Of a DNA stretch of 64,000 bases, positions 19,131-31,229 are shown piece after piece (position 1 is the first letter of the stretch; every line of letters begins with the position of its first letter). Both the position numbers and the translations under genes were made by a program. Origin of the DNA: Paramoeba atlantica (taxonomy: Eukaryota > Protista > Discosea); contig CDRNVI010000055.1 in assembly GCA_977017575.1 (NCBI GenBank), positions 124,001 to 188,000 on the forward strand, written 5' to 3'. The notes below the pieces were generated by a model, which saw only the letters and a program-made list of their open reading frames with translations, did no database searches and was not told the DNA's origin.

Positions 19131-20779
19131 CAATGAAGGAGTTATTTCGAGAATATTTGCGGGACATGCCGCAGGAAAAGCATCGATACACGATTGTACG
19201 TACCAGACGTACGACAAAATTGGCCACGGAGGAAGATTTAAAGCTACCACTGCACGTAAAGAAAATTCCTAAAATGGATGTCAATGAAATTGAGAACATG
19301 ATGAATGGAAGTACAAGAAACCAGTTTAGAGAAACGTTGAATACTTTGTTGGATCGGAGGAAGAAACCCGATAGTGAGCCAAAGGTAAATCCACGATTGA
19401 ACATGGAAGATATTAGTCATTTGCTAGACGCACGTATTGTTTCGCGTGTTTCCCCTGAGGAGGAGAACAAAAGACCATCCAATCAATGGGTGATACCGTT
19501 CACAGTAGTTGAGCCTGCGGACGATAAAGGGGAAACGGAGAGGCGGCGCTTCATAGCGTGGACGAAGGAGGATAATGAGCGAATTAAGAACGAGTACATG
19601 CCGCACGTCCCGTTAAAACACGCGGCTTATTATCTCCATCGAGCGCAGGAAGCTTTTGGTGTGAAGCGTGACCTGACATGTGGATTTTATCAAGTACCGA
19701 TTCCGGTAGCAAGTAGAACAAAATTTCGATTTCGCGCAGTAAACGGTGAGTTGTATGAACTTAATGTGATGCCAATGGGGCACCGGTGCGCCCCGGAACT
19801 GATGCACACCATTACATCCACAATCGCAGGAGATCCGGAGTATTGCAGAGCCGAGACGGCGTATACAGGACAGTTTAAGGTCGATGTATATGTGGATGGA
19901 TTGAGAGGTGCAGGTTCACTAGACCAAGTTCAGCAGTATACGGAATTTGTGGAAACTCGCGCGGAGAAAGTTAACGCCACGTTTAAGGATAAAGAAAAGG
20001 AGCCCATGAAGCAGTATGTTTTTAATGGCGTGGAATACAGCCATACCGAAGGTAAGGTAAGAATGGGACCGAGGAGCGTGAAAAAGATGCAAGGCGATAC
20101 TTTTCGGAATGCAACGTACGGAAAACTAGAATCAGCTGTGGGTAGATTAGTCCATGCATCAGCAGTACTGGGAGAACCCTTTGCCAATTACCACTTCACC
20201 TTAAAATTAGTGCGGCGCCGTATAAATGCGTTAAACAATGATCTGACATTATTGGATGTGAAGGTTCATCTTCCCCCCAATGTAACCATGGACTTGACGC
20301 GATGGAAGAAAAAGTTGATTTCAAACATATTCGTGGCGCCGCCGCCTCATCCCGACACTGTACCACATAACCACGTTTTGTATACGGACGCTTCGTCAAA
20401 AGGTTGGGGAGGAATAATATATTTGGACCACGGTTCCGTGATATGTGTGGGAGGTCGCTGGGAAGATGATTTCGATTATGAAGTCAATCGAGCGGAGACG
20501 AGGGCCGTTAGTCTCGCGTTCGAGAAATTGTCGCACCATTTTCAACGAGGTACCTGCGTAGACCTATTTATTGATAATACATCATGCTTAGCTTCCATAT
20601 GCAAAAAATCGACCAAATCGGATGGAATAAATATCGAATTGATAGGTGTACTTAAGTTTTTAAAGAGACAGGGTATAATAGTACAGCCGCATTACATTCC
20701 GTCAAAACTGAACCCTGCGGATCCAATAAGCCGAGGAGGATGGGATTGCGACAATGTGGCGAAAGGGGTGAAAGATTGA
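19082..20779 (+). CDS. RT-RNase H of element #4 (its N-terminal overlapping extension 17954-18712 is cut off by the insert)
   Basis: KRDLTCGFYQ, MPMGHRCAPE, DVYVDG, LYTDASSKGWG, NPADPISRG. Confidence 0.9.
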   Translation, partial: ASSRNGEGDSQTEDALAMKELFREYLRDMPQEKHRYTIVRTRRTTKLATEEDLKLPLHVKKIPKMDVNEIENMMNGSTRNQFRETLNTLLDRRKKPDSEPKVNPRLNMEDISHLLDARIVSRVSPEEENKRPSNQWVIPFTVVEPADDKGETERRRFIAWTKEDNERIKNEYMPHVPLKHAAYYLHRAQEAFGVKRDLTCGFYQVPIPVASRTKFRFRAVNGELYELNVMPMGHRCAPELMHTITSTIAGDPEYCRAETAYTGQFKVDVYVDGLRGAGSLDQVQQYTEFVETRAEKVNATFKDKEKEPMKQYVFNGVEYSHTEGKVRMGPRSVKKMQGDTFRNATYGKLESAVGRLVHASAVLGEPFANYHFTLKLVRRRINALNNDLTLLDVKVHLPPNVTMDLTRWKKKLISNIFVAPPPHPDTVPHNHVLYTDASSKGWGGIIYLDHGSVICVGGRWEDDFDYEVNRAETRAVSLAFEKLSHHFQRGTCVDLFIDNTSCLASICKKSTKSDGINIELIGVLKFLKRQGIIVQPHYIPSKLNPADPISRGGWDCDNVAKGVKD

Positions 20780-21028
20780 CTGGCGAAAGGGTGGTCCCCG
20801 CGTGGACACCCGTTCGAGAAAGGGAGGGTAGGGAGTTCTCTCCAGGAAAAAGTTCATGAGGTATATAAAATAGATTTGATACTTACTTCGCGAAGTTGAT
20901 ATTACAGTAGTGGTGAAGATAATGTCTTTTACTCTGTTGTCCATGATGGATGTTATATTTCGGTAGCTCTGCAGTTCTACAGATTAAACATTACAGTTTA
21001 CATACGCTTACTATATCTGATTGACTGT

Positions 21029-24000
21029 ATGTTTTTCTTCCGGAAGTGCAATTCGGAGACGACAAACTCAGTGTTCCACGAATGTCAAACACCGCCTCCT
21101 TTGGATCAGCGCACAACTCATAACTTTGGAGACACGGTTTCACCTATCAGCGCAGAAGGAGTAAATACAGGAGTTATGCCCCATGAGAAGCTTAATCGGG
21201 AAGAAGACAAGAGCCAAGAAGCGATTGCTCATGAAATGCGATTATCAATCCGACCCGGAGTTGATTTTCCGATGGCATTTGAAAAACTGCAGGAAGAAGC
21301 CGAGAGCTCCGAAGTAGGACACAAATGCGCAGTGGCCTGGTGTTTCGATCAACAGCCTTTGTTGAACATATCTTCAGGGACAGTGCAATCCGCGAAACGG
21401 AAATATGGCAAAAGACAGGTCGTTCTTTCATACGAAGGAATTTATGGACATAAGGAAGGAAATGGCTTCACGGGGGTGCTTCCACCGCAAACGAGCATAC
21501 GCATCTACAAGATCATATGGCTGAGAATTGGAGGAATTGCTAAAACGGAAAAAAGTAAAGCTGACGATCGCAAGACCACGTCTACGCAACCCAAGGTGAA
21601 TCACACTGAAAACGACCTAGATTTCGAACCTTTGCCCACTAGTAAAAGCATCGAAGCGGAATTCATACCTTGTGTTATCTCCATATACCGCGAGCTGATG
21701 AGGGACTATTCAGACAGTTCCTACGAATATCGGAATAAGGTATGGAACAGAGTCCTGTCCGCCATGAAGTTCTCTTTGACCACGATTCGCGAGGCCAGTA
21801 AGAAGCGTCGTCGGAGACGACCGTTCCCCGAACCTTTGTCCCACAATGTAGAGCAAAACGAAGATTCTAAAGACAATAGAGCAATTAAAAAAGCCACGCG
21901 GCTTATTTTGGAAGGTTGTGTCACCAAAGCCACCAAGGCTCTGGACCAAGAAAACCAAACGAGCATATTGTCGGATCAAGAAATCCTTAAAAAGCTGCGA
22001 GACCTGCACCCAGATTCGGAATCGAGCATTCAGCAGCCGGCCGACGCTCCACTCATTGCTTTTATTTCAACCCAGGAACTGAGGACTGGGGGGCGTAGAC
22101 TAGCGAAAGGAGCAGCTCCAGGCCTTCCGGAACAACTGATTGCATCGTTCGTCTACTACTGGACGATGAAATATGCTGTTCGGCATTGTGCCATATGATA
22201 GCAGATCTGATTAACGGTCTACTCTCTACAGAGGTAATGAGTCGATTGAAACGGGCGCGGTTAATTGCGATAGAAAAGAACGGGGGTGGGATCCGTCCAG
22301 TCGCAGTTGGGGAGCTATTTCTAAAATTGGCGGAGGTGGTAATGTTGCAGAGATATGAACACACATTGGGCCCCCTTTTTGAACCGTGGCAGTTTGGAGT
22401 CCAAACGAGATCGGGCTGTGAGAGGATAATACACAATCTGCAAGAACTGCATTCTCAAGGGAAGGCAATTCTGTCGATAGATTTAAAAAACGCGTTTAAC
22501 TCTCCAAGACGAGATGAAATGGCACGATCGCTTCTATCATACGCAACGCTGCGCCCATTCCAACGGTTATTCTTTGCAGAATATTCGTCAAAGTCAGAGC
22601 TGTTGTACTACGGGAAGGATGGTAAACTGTGTGGAATCGTAGAAAGCGCCTCGGGTGTGCGCCAAGGATCGCCGTTGTCTACCCTCATTTTTTGCGCCTT
22701 TTTACAATCAGTTCTCGCGACAATTTCTCTGGAATTTCCCGATATTAAAATTTATGCCTATATAGACGATATTAACTTGGTATCTAACGACGCCGGGATG
22801 CTATCTAAAGCCTTCTTTCGGATCTGGGATCTACTGGACGAAAGAAATGTACAGCTGTCCAATGACAAATGCATATGGTTCCAAGGGACAAGGGGCACGG
22901 AGATTCCAGAGGAGCTAGAAAATGCAAAGGTGAGAACAGAAACGACAGCACTCAAAGCCCTGGGGGCATATATTGGTAAAGGTGAAACCGTAAATAGTCT
23001 ATTATTGCAGTGCCTGCGAAAGCACAAAACGATTTTCAGACGGCTGAAAAAGATGGGAGCAAGTAATGTGTCATGTCTGGTCTTATCGAAATGCGTCAAC
23101 GGGAGACACCGCTACCACATCAGGGCACACAAACCTGCATGTACAGAAAACCTTACACGGGAGTTCGACGATGAGGTGGAAAACGTGCTCCATAAATGGT
23201 TCGGGAAGCTCTCCGAAACACAAATAGCATGGGCTAGACTACCCCTCAAGATGGGAGGATTGGGTTTACCTTCGACGCACAAACTCAGGGAAGCCTCTTA
23301 CAATTCTTCGCGATATGAAGCTTTCGAGCACAAAAAAATCTATTCTGCTCAAGCTACATATCCGCAAATATTGAAAGAGACCCACGCCCCACCGGACGAA
23401 GAAAACGCCACGGAAAAGAAGCATAATGAGACCATTAAGAAAGAACTGTCCAAGAACACCAAAATTGCGCGCATCATGGCGTCCACCTGTCAAAAAGGGA
23501 GCTATCAATGGCTGCAATCCACGGAGCGTTATATACCGTCGCCGCAATATACTCTTGCAGCAATGCCAAGATTGGGAATTAAACATCCGAAACTTCCGTC
23601 CGCTCTCTCCTGCCCCGGATGCAAAATTGTTCTGGATCCGGAAAATGCTCTGACACACATTCCTGGATGTGTGCGATGCTCAGGAACCAACAGCACCACG
23701 AAGCACAATGCACTGGCCAGATACATATATGATTTATGTCAAAAGGCCGGCATTCCATGTGGACGAGAACCTAGGGAGTTCTCCGCTTACATATGCTCAA
23801 TATGCAATTCAGAAGTCGAGGAGGAGAGGGAGTCGCAGCACTCGAAGGTTTGTCACGGCAGCACTTTCCGAAGATCAGGACCCGACCTCGTAATATATTG
23901 GGCTACAGGCCCGATATTCTACGATTTAACAGTAGTACACGATCTTGCTCCATCCATGAAATCGATGTCAGTGCAGAAGGCGTTCCGCGATGCTATCACA

Positions 24001-24255
24001 CGCAAGGAAACCAGGTACGTAGCGTCGAAACTGATTCCGAAAGAGCAATTCAAATGCCTCCCGGTCCTCTCGAGCGGGGCGATGCACCCAAATACTAAAG
24101 AAGTGTTGCAAATTTTGGCGGAGAAATGTGGACGTGAACAGCAATCCATACAAAGGGACTTCACACTCCACCTTCAAGAAATAAACGGCGCAATCTGTCT
24201 CTCCCAGCTCCGGAAATATGTCGCACAAGAGGACGGGGACAATATTTCCTTCTGA
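21029..24255 (+). pseudogene. CRE-type RT-RLE polyprotein (ORFs 21029..22198 and 22186..24255)
   Basis: A one-base deletion in the PGPSGTTD motif joins the two ORFs. Confidence 0.87.
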
Positions 24256-24360
24256 TTCTAGGTAGAACGGCGAACTAGGGGAGATTTAAGAAAAATTAGG
24301 GTAGGATAAATTTAGGGTAGGATAAATTAGGGCAGGATAAATTAGGGTAGGAAAAAAAAA
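21040..24360 (+). mobile_element. CRE/SLACS-like non-LTR retrotransposon, 5'-truncated, one frameshift (~22130), poly(A) tail
   Basis: RT motifs GGIRPVAVGE, DLKNAFNS, GVRQGSPLS, YAYIDD; CPGC...HIPGC zinc knuckle; RLE GPDLV...YDLTV...KETRY; 3' UTR with TTAGGG repeats and A9. Confidence 0.9.
24296..24351 (+). repeat. Four tandem TTAGGG(T/C)AGGATAAA units in the CRE 3' UTR (also at 57224-57279)
   Basis: Read directly from the sequence, just before poly(A). Confidence 0.9.
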
Positions 24361-24366
24361 GTCGAG

Positions 24367-24606
24367 TACTAAGTGACATATCCTTCCGCAGTCAAACGAG
24401 GCTCCACAAGAGGTGCATTTGTAGGAAGTGAACTGTCGGGGCTCGCGCTCACAGGGGATTCCAGCTTTCATACATAAATTATAAATCCGTCTGACTAAAG
24501 CATCGTGCTTTGTTGTCACGTTACTCCCTGAACATTGCGCGCATCCGGATACATGGGCCATTGCAGCTTCGGCTGAAAGAAGAATGTGGCAACCAGGGCA
24601 TTGTAA
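24367..24606 (-). pseudogene. Fragment of a CRE-like zinc knuckle / RLE region
   Basis: CPGCHILLSAEAAMAHVSGCAQCSGSNVTTKHDAL...CEREPR. Confidence 0.75.
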
Positions 24607-25693
24607 ACACGGGTAGTGAATCTCCTCCCCGTCGACCAGCATCCTGTTTCGCGACCGTGTCGCTGTCGACACAGGCCCGCGCCTGCGCCCTCCCATATAG
24701 CAAGGGAAGGGTTCACAAGTCAGGCCGCGGAGAGGTCGAAAGACCCGGTCCGGAACGCGCGAATGGATTGGGCCTGGATTGCTTGTTTTTATTGCTATTG
24801 TTATTATTGTTGTTATACTTACGGGAGATCGAATTGCTAGTTTTGGGCTCCAAAATATGAAATTGCTAATTTGATTGCTTGTTAAAAAAAAGTCCGAAAT
24901 GCACAGTCCGAAATGCTAGCTGGGTGGCCGCGGGGTCTTTCGCTGAGCACTACGCCTCCGACCAGAAAGCTCGACAGCGCCGTGAATCTGAGTCGGCGGG
25001 AGGCGACTTCACAGCAATGGTCGTAGAGAGCTACGGCTCTTGGAGCTCTAGTGCCTTAGCAGTACTCCGGAAAGTAGGAGAACGTCGGGCCAAAGCGTCC
25101 AACGGCATTCTCAGTGACGGAGCAGCTACGCTACAGCTCGTCACAGACTTGAACATAACGCTGATGCGTCGCCAGGCACGTATGATGATATCAAGAATGC
25201 CGGTAGACGACCTTCCCACTCCGCTGATCGAGCAATAGCTTGGTAACGGAGGAGTAAGTAGCCCTCGTGGGATAATCGTTTCCTAACCACGCCGTTGTCG
25301 GCACAGGCCCACGTTTGCGCCCTCGCAAACAACTGATCTGGAAGCTGGTCGAGTCGACAGAGTCTATGCTCACGCCTAGCTCGCGAGGGCTAGGTACCCC
25401 AAGCGAGGTAGTACACGGGTAGTGAATCTCCTCCCCGTCGACCAGCTTCCTGTTTCGCGACCGTGTCGCTGTCGACACAGGCCCGCGCCTGCGCCCTCCC
25501 ATATAACAAGGGAAGGGTTCACAAGTCAGGCCGTGGTGAGGTCGAAAGACCCGGTCCGGAACGCGCGGATGGATTGGGCGTGTATTGCTACCTTTTTTAT
25601 TATTATTGTTATCAGAATCATAAATAACTTAAGGCAGGTTGAATTACTAGTTTTGGGCTACAACATGTGAAATTGCTAATTTGATTGCTTGTT
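24607..25693 (+). mobile_element. Two tandem 5'-truncated copies of another RLE non-LTR family (24607-24891 3' UTR with A8; 24892-25693 RLE C-terminus plus 3' UTR)
   Basis: A ~280-bp diverged direct repeat (24607-24883 and 25413-25693). ORF 24879..25238 has RLE C-terminal motifs DFTAMVVESYGSWS and LMRRQARM. Confidence 0.7.
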
Positions 25694-28563
25694 TACAAAT
25701 CACCGCTAAGCAACGACGTTCCTATCAATTTACAAACGCTATACAAAATCTCAAGTAACAAGAAGCGTTTTGATACTTTCGTGCGTGAGCATGAAAGTCA
25801 CATCTCAAACCTAGTTCGACAAGAATGTCAAATTCTGGAGAAAAACTTTAAGAAAAGACCTCGAGGAGCTTGGAAAATGATTAAAGATGTCATTGGGAAT
25901 GAGAAAAGGAGATTACATATAGACGGCAGTACGACGAAAGAAAAACTACAGGCTCTGAAAGATCATTTTCAAGCTACATACCAGAAGCATGAGGAAACCG
26001 ATAATGTAAAATTTGAGGTTGTCGAAGGAATAAAAATAGGTGATGAACCGTTCTCCCAGGATGAGCTGTTAATCGCGTGTAGACATATTATGAAAGGAAA
26101 AGCTACAGGGTCGGACGAGATTCCAATAGAAGCATACTCTGCTTTATTGGAAGACGTCAAGCTGAACGAGAGAATATTGATGATGATTAACGCTGTCTAC
26201 GCCACAGGTTACATGCCTACCACCTGGCGAGAAATCCTGCATGTACCTATTCCAAAGAAGGGAGATTTATCAATGCTTCAGAACTGGCGGGCGATATGCT
26301 TAACAAATCACATTGTGAAACTAGTGAACTACATGATTCTGAACAGGCTGCAACAGGAAATCAAACCAAAACTTCGAAATACACAATTTGGTTTTCGCTC
26401 TTTCCGCTCTACGACTACTGCATTGGCAATTCTCAATGAGGTTACACAGAAAGCATTACGTGGACCACAGGACGTTACACTAGGCTTCATTGATTTTAAA
26501 GGGGCTTTCCCTTCCATTTCCCATGAGGCGATTGCAGCAGTTTTGAAAGCCTTTACAGTACCGGAAAGGCTGAGTGCTATGATTTTAGCTGCATATAATA
26601 CTCCCGCAGGATACGTTCGTACAAGTTTCGGAGATACGGAGCTTTTCGAAATTACGTCAGGTGTACTTCAGGGAGATGTTCTAGAACCTTTTCTGTTTAT
26701 CTTATGTCTTGACAGAATTCTTAATCAAGCAATGCAGAACTCGTCTTTTGGGCTGACTCTTCATAGATCTGGAACCAAAAGTCGAGGAGTTCAAGAAATT
26801 AAGATAACTGACATTGATTACGCGGATGACGTAGTTTTCTTTGCACCAACACGCGAAATTCTTAAAGATATGATGGTAGCCTTGATTTATGAAGCATAAA
26901 AGGCCGGATTAAAACTCAATGTGGGACCTGCGAAAACGGCTTGGATGGTGATAGGAAGAAACGCAAGTTCGCAACGAAATGCTTCCATTGAACTTCCAGG
27001 ACTAGGTATCATTCCACACGTTGAATCGTATCGACACTTAGGTCTTCTAAAGAGTGCATATACGAGATCCTTTTCGGTAAAAGATCGTTTAAAGCTCGCG
27101 TGGGCGGCTTTTCATTGTCTAAAACTCCTATGGAGCAACGGATTGCATGTTTTGCTTCGCCTACGTATCTTCAATGCTTTAGTGAGCTCAGTCTTATCAT
27201 ACGGTGCAGCCGCGCTGGTACTAACTCAAAAAGAGCTCAAAGAAGTAGATACCGAAGTAAATAAGATGAGAAGGTTAGCTACAGGAGTCCCTTTATGGGA
27301 TGGTCAGAAAGGAACACCAAACAGCGCCCTTTACAGAGGAGATCCGAAATTTTCCACAGTTATTCGCGAAAACAGAGCCAGGTTGGTAGGGCACATGCTG
27401 AGACACGACACACCCTTCGCAAATGTCATGCTTTGGAGTACGAAAGAAAATGCTCGCATTAAATCACTTTCTGAAGCATGTGCAGAGGATCTTGGTATGG
27501 ACGTAGCGGAGTTAGGGGAATTGGCACAGGATCGGGAAGCATGGCGTGCAGTAGTGGGGAACTTTTTTTTTTTTCGTACATGGAGAAAATCTTTGCCACA
27601 ACCGCCTCGACCGCCACCCGGTGTCCAACCGGCAGGCTTTTCTTGGTCGAGTGAGCTGGCCACCTTCCAGTGGCAAGATGAATGGGTGTTTCCACCCACG
27701 CACCTCAGGGGAGACACCCCATTACAGGGTAGTGCGAGACTTGCATACCAGAGTTTTGTTGAATCTCGGATTGCGTAAGAGACTCTGGTAGCTCACTCGC
27801 TAAAAACTCCACTGCTCCGGATTGTTAGTCCAGGAGCGCTCCTAGCGTGGAGAAACGAAGGACCTAGCCTAGAAAAAAGGATCTAGTCCCTTCGCTTCTC
27901 CGGGAGATGGGGAGGGATAAAACCTCAGCTAGCACCAATGCCGTTCCACCTCCACCGAGGGGGTAGGGTTAGCGCGCTCGCTAACAACATACATGCCTCG
28001 GCGACGGGATGCTACCCCGTCTATGCCCCGGAACGCGGTTAACGACGCCGCGAACAAGGGTTGAACAGGAATAGGAACAGACACATTCCCTCCTGCCAGC
28101 TCGGAAACCCTTATGTCGGAAGGCTGGGGTGGCCACGCCCCATCACCGGCAACGGTCCAATGCCGGGCTCCTGATTTTATCTTCCCCTTCTGACGCACCC
28201 AAAAGGATATGCCGTGGCAATGGCGATCCAGTTAGGATAAACAAAAAGGGGGTATTTTGGGGAACTTGCGAGAGCGCCTAGAACCAATTGCGCGCTACCG
28301 TCCGGTATCGTCCTATACGAAGACCGAGGTCAATAAGATTTTGCTGTCTCCCCAGCTTACCGAGCTAGAAAAATGGGAAGCTCTGCAATTCTATGAAGAA
28401 GGTAAGGAGCAATGGCCCGATCATGAGCTACTGCACATATATTGCGACGGTTCGATGTACCGCAGAGGAAACCATGTGGGAGCAGGAGCTGCCATAGTAA
28501 TATGCCAAAGCGGATTTCTAAAGCTTACTTCAAAAGAGAAACTAAGTCCCACGTATGCTACAC
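25694..28563 (+). mobile_element. RTE-like RT-RNase H non-LTR element, copy 2 (truncated at both ends, nonsense at 26897-26899, SINE-like insert)
   Basis: IPKKGD...NWRAICL, FGFRS, FIDFKGAFPSISH, LQGDVLEPFLF, DYADD, LVGHMLRH, HIYCDGS; colinear with 3427-5346. Confidence 0.88.
27565..28257 (-). mobile_element. ~690-bp non-coding poly(A) retroposon
   Basis: 10-bp TSD TGGGGAACTT at 27555-27564 and 28258-28267; T12 run at the left end is the minus-strand poly(A); removal restores the RTE frame WRAVVGNLRERLEP. Confidence 0.88.
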
Positions 28564-28616
28564 CAGAGGCAATGCCGCGTTTCATGCTTCTCCCCCCTTA
28601 TTAAAAAGAGAGAAAA

Positions 28617-29268
28617 AAAGCGGACGGGGTCCTGGGATTGGAGGTTGTCCCTATAATTTTTAGAAGGTTATGGATGTTAATCGGTTGACAAACTTTATCC
28701 TCACGCCTCGTTTTTTCGAAAACAAGGTTCCCCAATGTGAGATAAAGGTGGGTAAAGTTTTCTTTACTCTGCGATTAGCGCCTTAGTGTTTTTAACCGCG
28801 TCATTGTTGACACGGCCGTACACCACGCCTAGTTGCTCCACACTTCTAGGTCCCAAGTTGGTCTATGGGCAGAGGTTGAAAGCGTAACCTGTGTAGCTCG
28901 TGTGAGCTTGTAAAGGGCGTGGTAATGGACTGGTCATCTATTGCTATCGTTATCCTTTTGTGAGCTCTGCATATTTTGATATTTAATATCAACTAATATT
29001 TTACTACGTGATTGGGCATTTTGCGTTTATTGTGACGTGTGTGTGGGCAGGTTGGCCGAGGGTTCCGGTGGGGGGGAACCCCGTTAACAGAGTGACATTG
29101 ATTGTGTTGTTTTATGCAGGCTTGTTTCTTTTCCATCTTTGTGCGTGTGAATCGATTTAATGATATGTTGTGTCATTTTGAATTACGATTGAGCTATTCA
29201 TAGTTGTTCGTTTATTCATATATGTTATCAGTGTATATGTTTCCAGGGAGCCCCTCGGCGTGGATTTC
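28617..29268 (+). repeat. Solo 3' UTR plus one B repeat of a relative of YR element #1
   Basis: Colinear with 1786-2452 and ends at the identical terminus GGCGTGGATTTC. Confidence 0.85.
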
Positions 29269-30715
29269 CTATTTGAAGAGAAAAGTCTAGTTATTGCTTC
29301 CAAGAAATGCACGTGGTTTGGGGTAACACGCAACTTGCAGATGCCGGCTCGGCTAATGGACCTAGAGGTCGTAAGCGAAAATCAAGCAATCAAAATTCTG
29401 GGTGCTTTTATTGGAGACGACTCATCCGTGAGCGAACGTCTGATAGATTCACTGCGAAAGCACAACGACATGTTCCGAAGACTAAAGCTAATGGGCACAA
29501 ACAATATTTCCTGCAAATTGCTCGCAAAATGCGTCAACGTTCGTCAGAATTACCATCTACGAGTCCATAACCCTGACGCTTCGAAGGCACTCGCAAAAGA
29601 GTTTGACCAGGAGATAGAACACGTGCTGGAATCGTGGTTCGGACCGATTTCGAAAGAGATTAGCAGTACTTCGACTACCGACCAAGAAAGGAGGATTAGG
29701 TCTAACTGATTGCTTCTCGATCCGTGAAGCGGCTTTTAGCTCGTCACAATATTCAATCTTCGAGCGCCAAATCGAAAATACAGCTCAGATTGGAAACGGT
29801 GCGACAAATGCCCCTTCGGACGCGATCTGTCAGCGGAGACCTCCGCCGGACGACGAACCGACAAAAGCAGCAGAACTGCACACACAGACATGGAAAAAGC
29901 TGAAAGAATCTACCTCGCGCACAGCAAAGGTTCTGGAAAAGGTGTCTTACAAAGGGAATAATGAATGGCTATTGTCCAACGCTCGTTTTGTACCGTCACA
30001 CCTCTTCGCATTAGCCCTCATGCCGAGACTAGGGATCACACATCCAGACCTTCCTTCTCAACTGCTTTGCCCAGGATGTAACATTCTTTTGAAAGACGAA
30101 TCAATATTGCCACACATAATGGGATGTTCAAAATGCTCAGGGCTTAACGTATCGGTCAAACACCATACCCTGGTTAACTTCATCTACGAACTATGCATGC
30201 GTACCGGCATTCCTTGTGAGAAAGAACCTCGACTGTTTTCTACATTCCGCTGTGTGCAATGTAATGAAGCTATTGACCCGAAATTAAGAAAGACGCACGA
30301 GAGAGTTTGTGGAGGACGATCGTTCCGACGCTCAGGACCCGATGTGGTGATTTACTGGACCACGGGGGAAGTTTATTACGACTTAACGGTCATCCACGAA
30401 CTCGCACCCTCGAATCTAGAAACCAAATGTGTTCATCTTTTCAAGGATGCCTGCAAACGCAAACATGCCACATACGTCCAGAGCAATAAAATCTCCGCGA
30501 ACTCTTTTAAATGTATTCCCGTGCTTTCTGGAGGCTGCCTACATTCCAACACCAAGTCCCTGCTGGACGCACTTGCGGATGCTTGCGGTAAAGTTAGAGG
30601 GATGGTACGATCGGAATTTCAGCTCCTGCTGCAAGAGCTCAACGGTGTCGTAGTATATTCCCAATTGCGGAAATCTCTGGATAAGAACGTCACTGGACAA
30701 GAATACGGACTATAA
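29269..30715 (+). pseudogene. CRE-like RT C-terminus and RLE fragment (frameshift ~29680-29700)
   Basis: KILGAFIGD, RLPIKKGGLG region broken by a frameshift, LALMPRLG, CPGC...HIMGC, GPDVV...YDLTV. Confidence 0.82.
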
Positions 30716-30823
30716 GAAGGAATAATAATAATATCAAAAAACTATAATATAATATCATAATACGGAATCTTGAAATTCAATATTACAATTCAAAATTAGG
30801 AATATAAGAAGGAAAGAAAAATA

Positions 30824-31100
30824 ATTGATTGATTGATTGATTGATTGATTTTAAGGGCATTTATCCCATAGGGACGTACCCTCCCGGAGATAGCCGGGCA
30901 CTATCCAAAATTAACTTCTTTTAGCCGCGCGCGCCAGGCTATGAAAATCATAGCTTTTGCCATGCGTCACAGTTTTTAGGCTGTAGGCATTACAGACTGC
31001 ACAGCGGCCAAGCATCCAATGATTATTAGTTGGTGCGTATGGGTATTTACCCTAGTTTCCTAGTGTTTCGTTAATAAAAAAATGTTTCGTTAAATAAATA
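30824..31100 (-). mobile_element. Short non-coding retroposon with an (AATC)n tail
   Basis: (GATT)n at 30824-30850; minus-strand 3' end GGATAAATGCCCTTAAAATCAATC resembles the end of 18725-19068; partial structured motif at 31049-31075. No TSD found and the 5' boundary is approximate. Confidence 0.6.
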
Positions 31101-31229
31101 AAAAAGATATTTTATTTATAAAAGGATTTTCTATAGACGCAAATAAGCAAAATTTCCTGTTGGAGTTTCTTGAATCACACTTATTCTGAAATATTTAAGA
31201 AACTACGACATTAATTTCCCGCCATCTCA

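Larger units (their letters stand above)
17883..21030 (+). mobile_element. YR retrotransposon #4 (family A), 5'-truncated, with a SINE-like insert
   Basis: Starts abruptly inside the YR ORF. YR and RT frames are restored after removing the 18713-19081 insertion. The 3' boundary is approximate. Confidence 0.8.

Noticed and set aside
24296-24351. A real telomere or interstitial telomeric array
   Set aside because: The hexamers are separated by 9-10 nt spacers and lie inside a duplicated 3' UTR.
24286-25502. MGGRRRGPVSTAT... minus-strand ORFs as a small gene family
   Set aside because: Antisense reading of the duplicated 3' UTR, fused by chance to a CRE fragment in one copy.
27638-27712. HDV-like ribozyme resemblance (CC-TTCCAGT-GG loop, TGGGTG/CACCCA P4, CGCA)
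   Set aside because: P1 lacks the 5' G, P3 has a mismatch, no P2 forms adjacent to P3, and it lies antisense to the retroposon.
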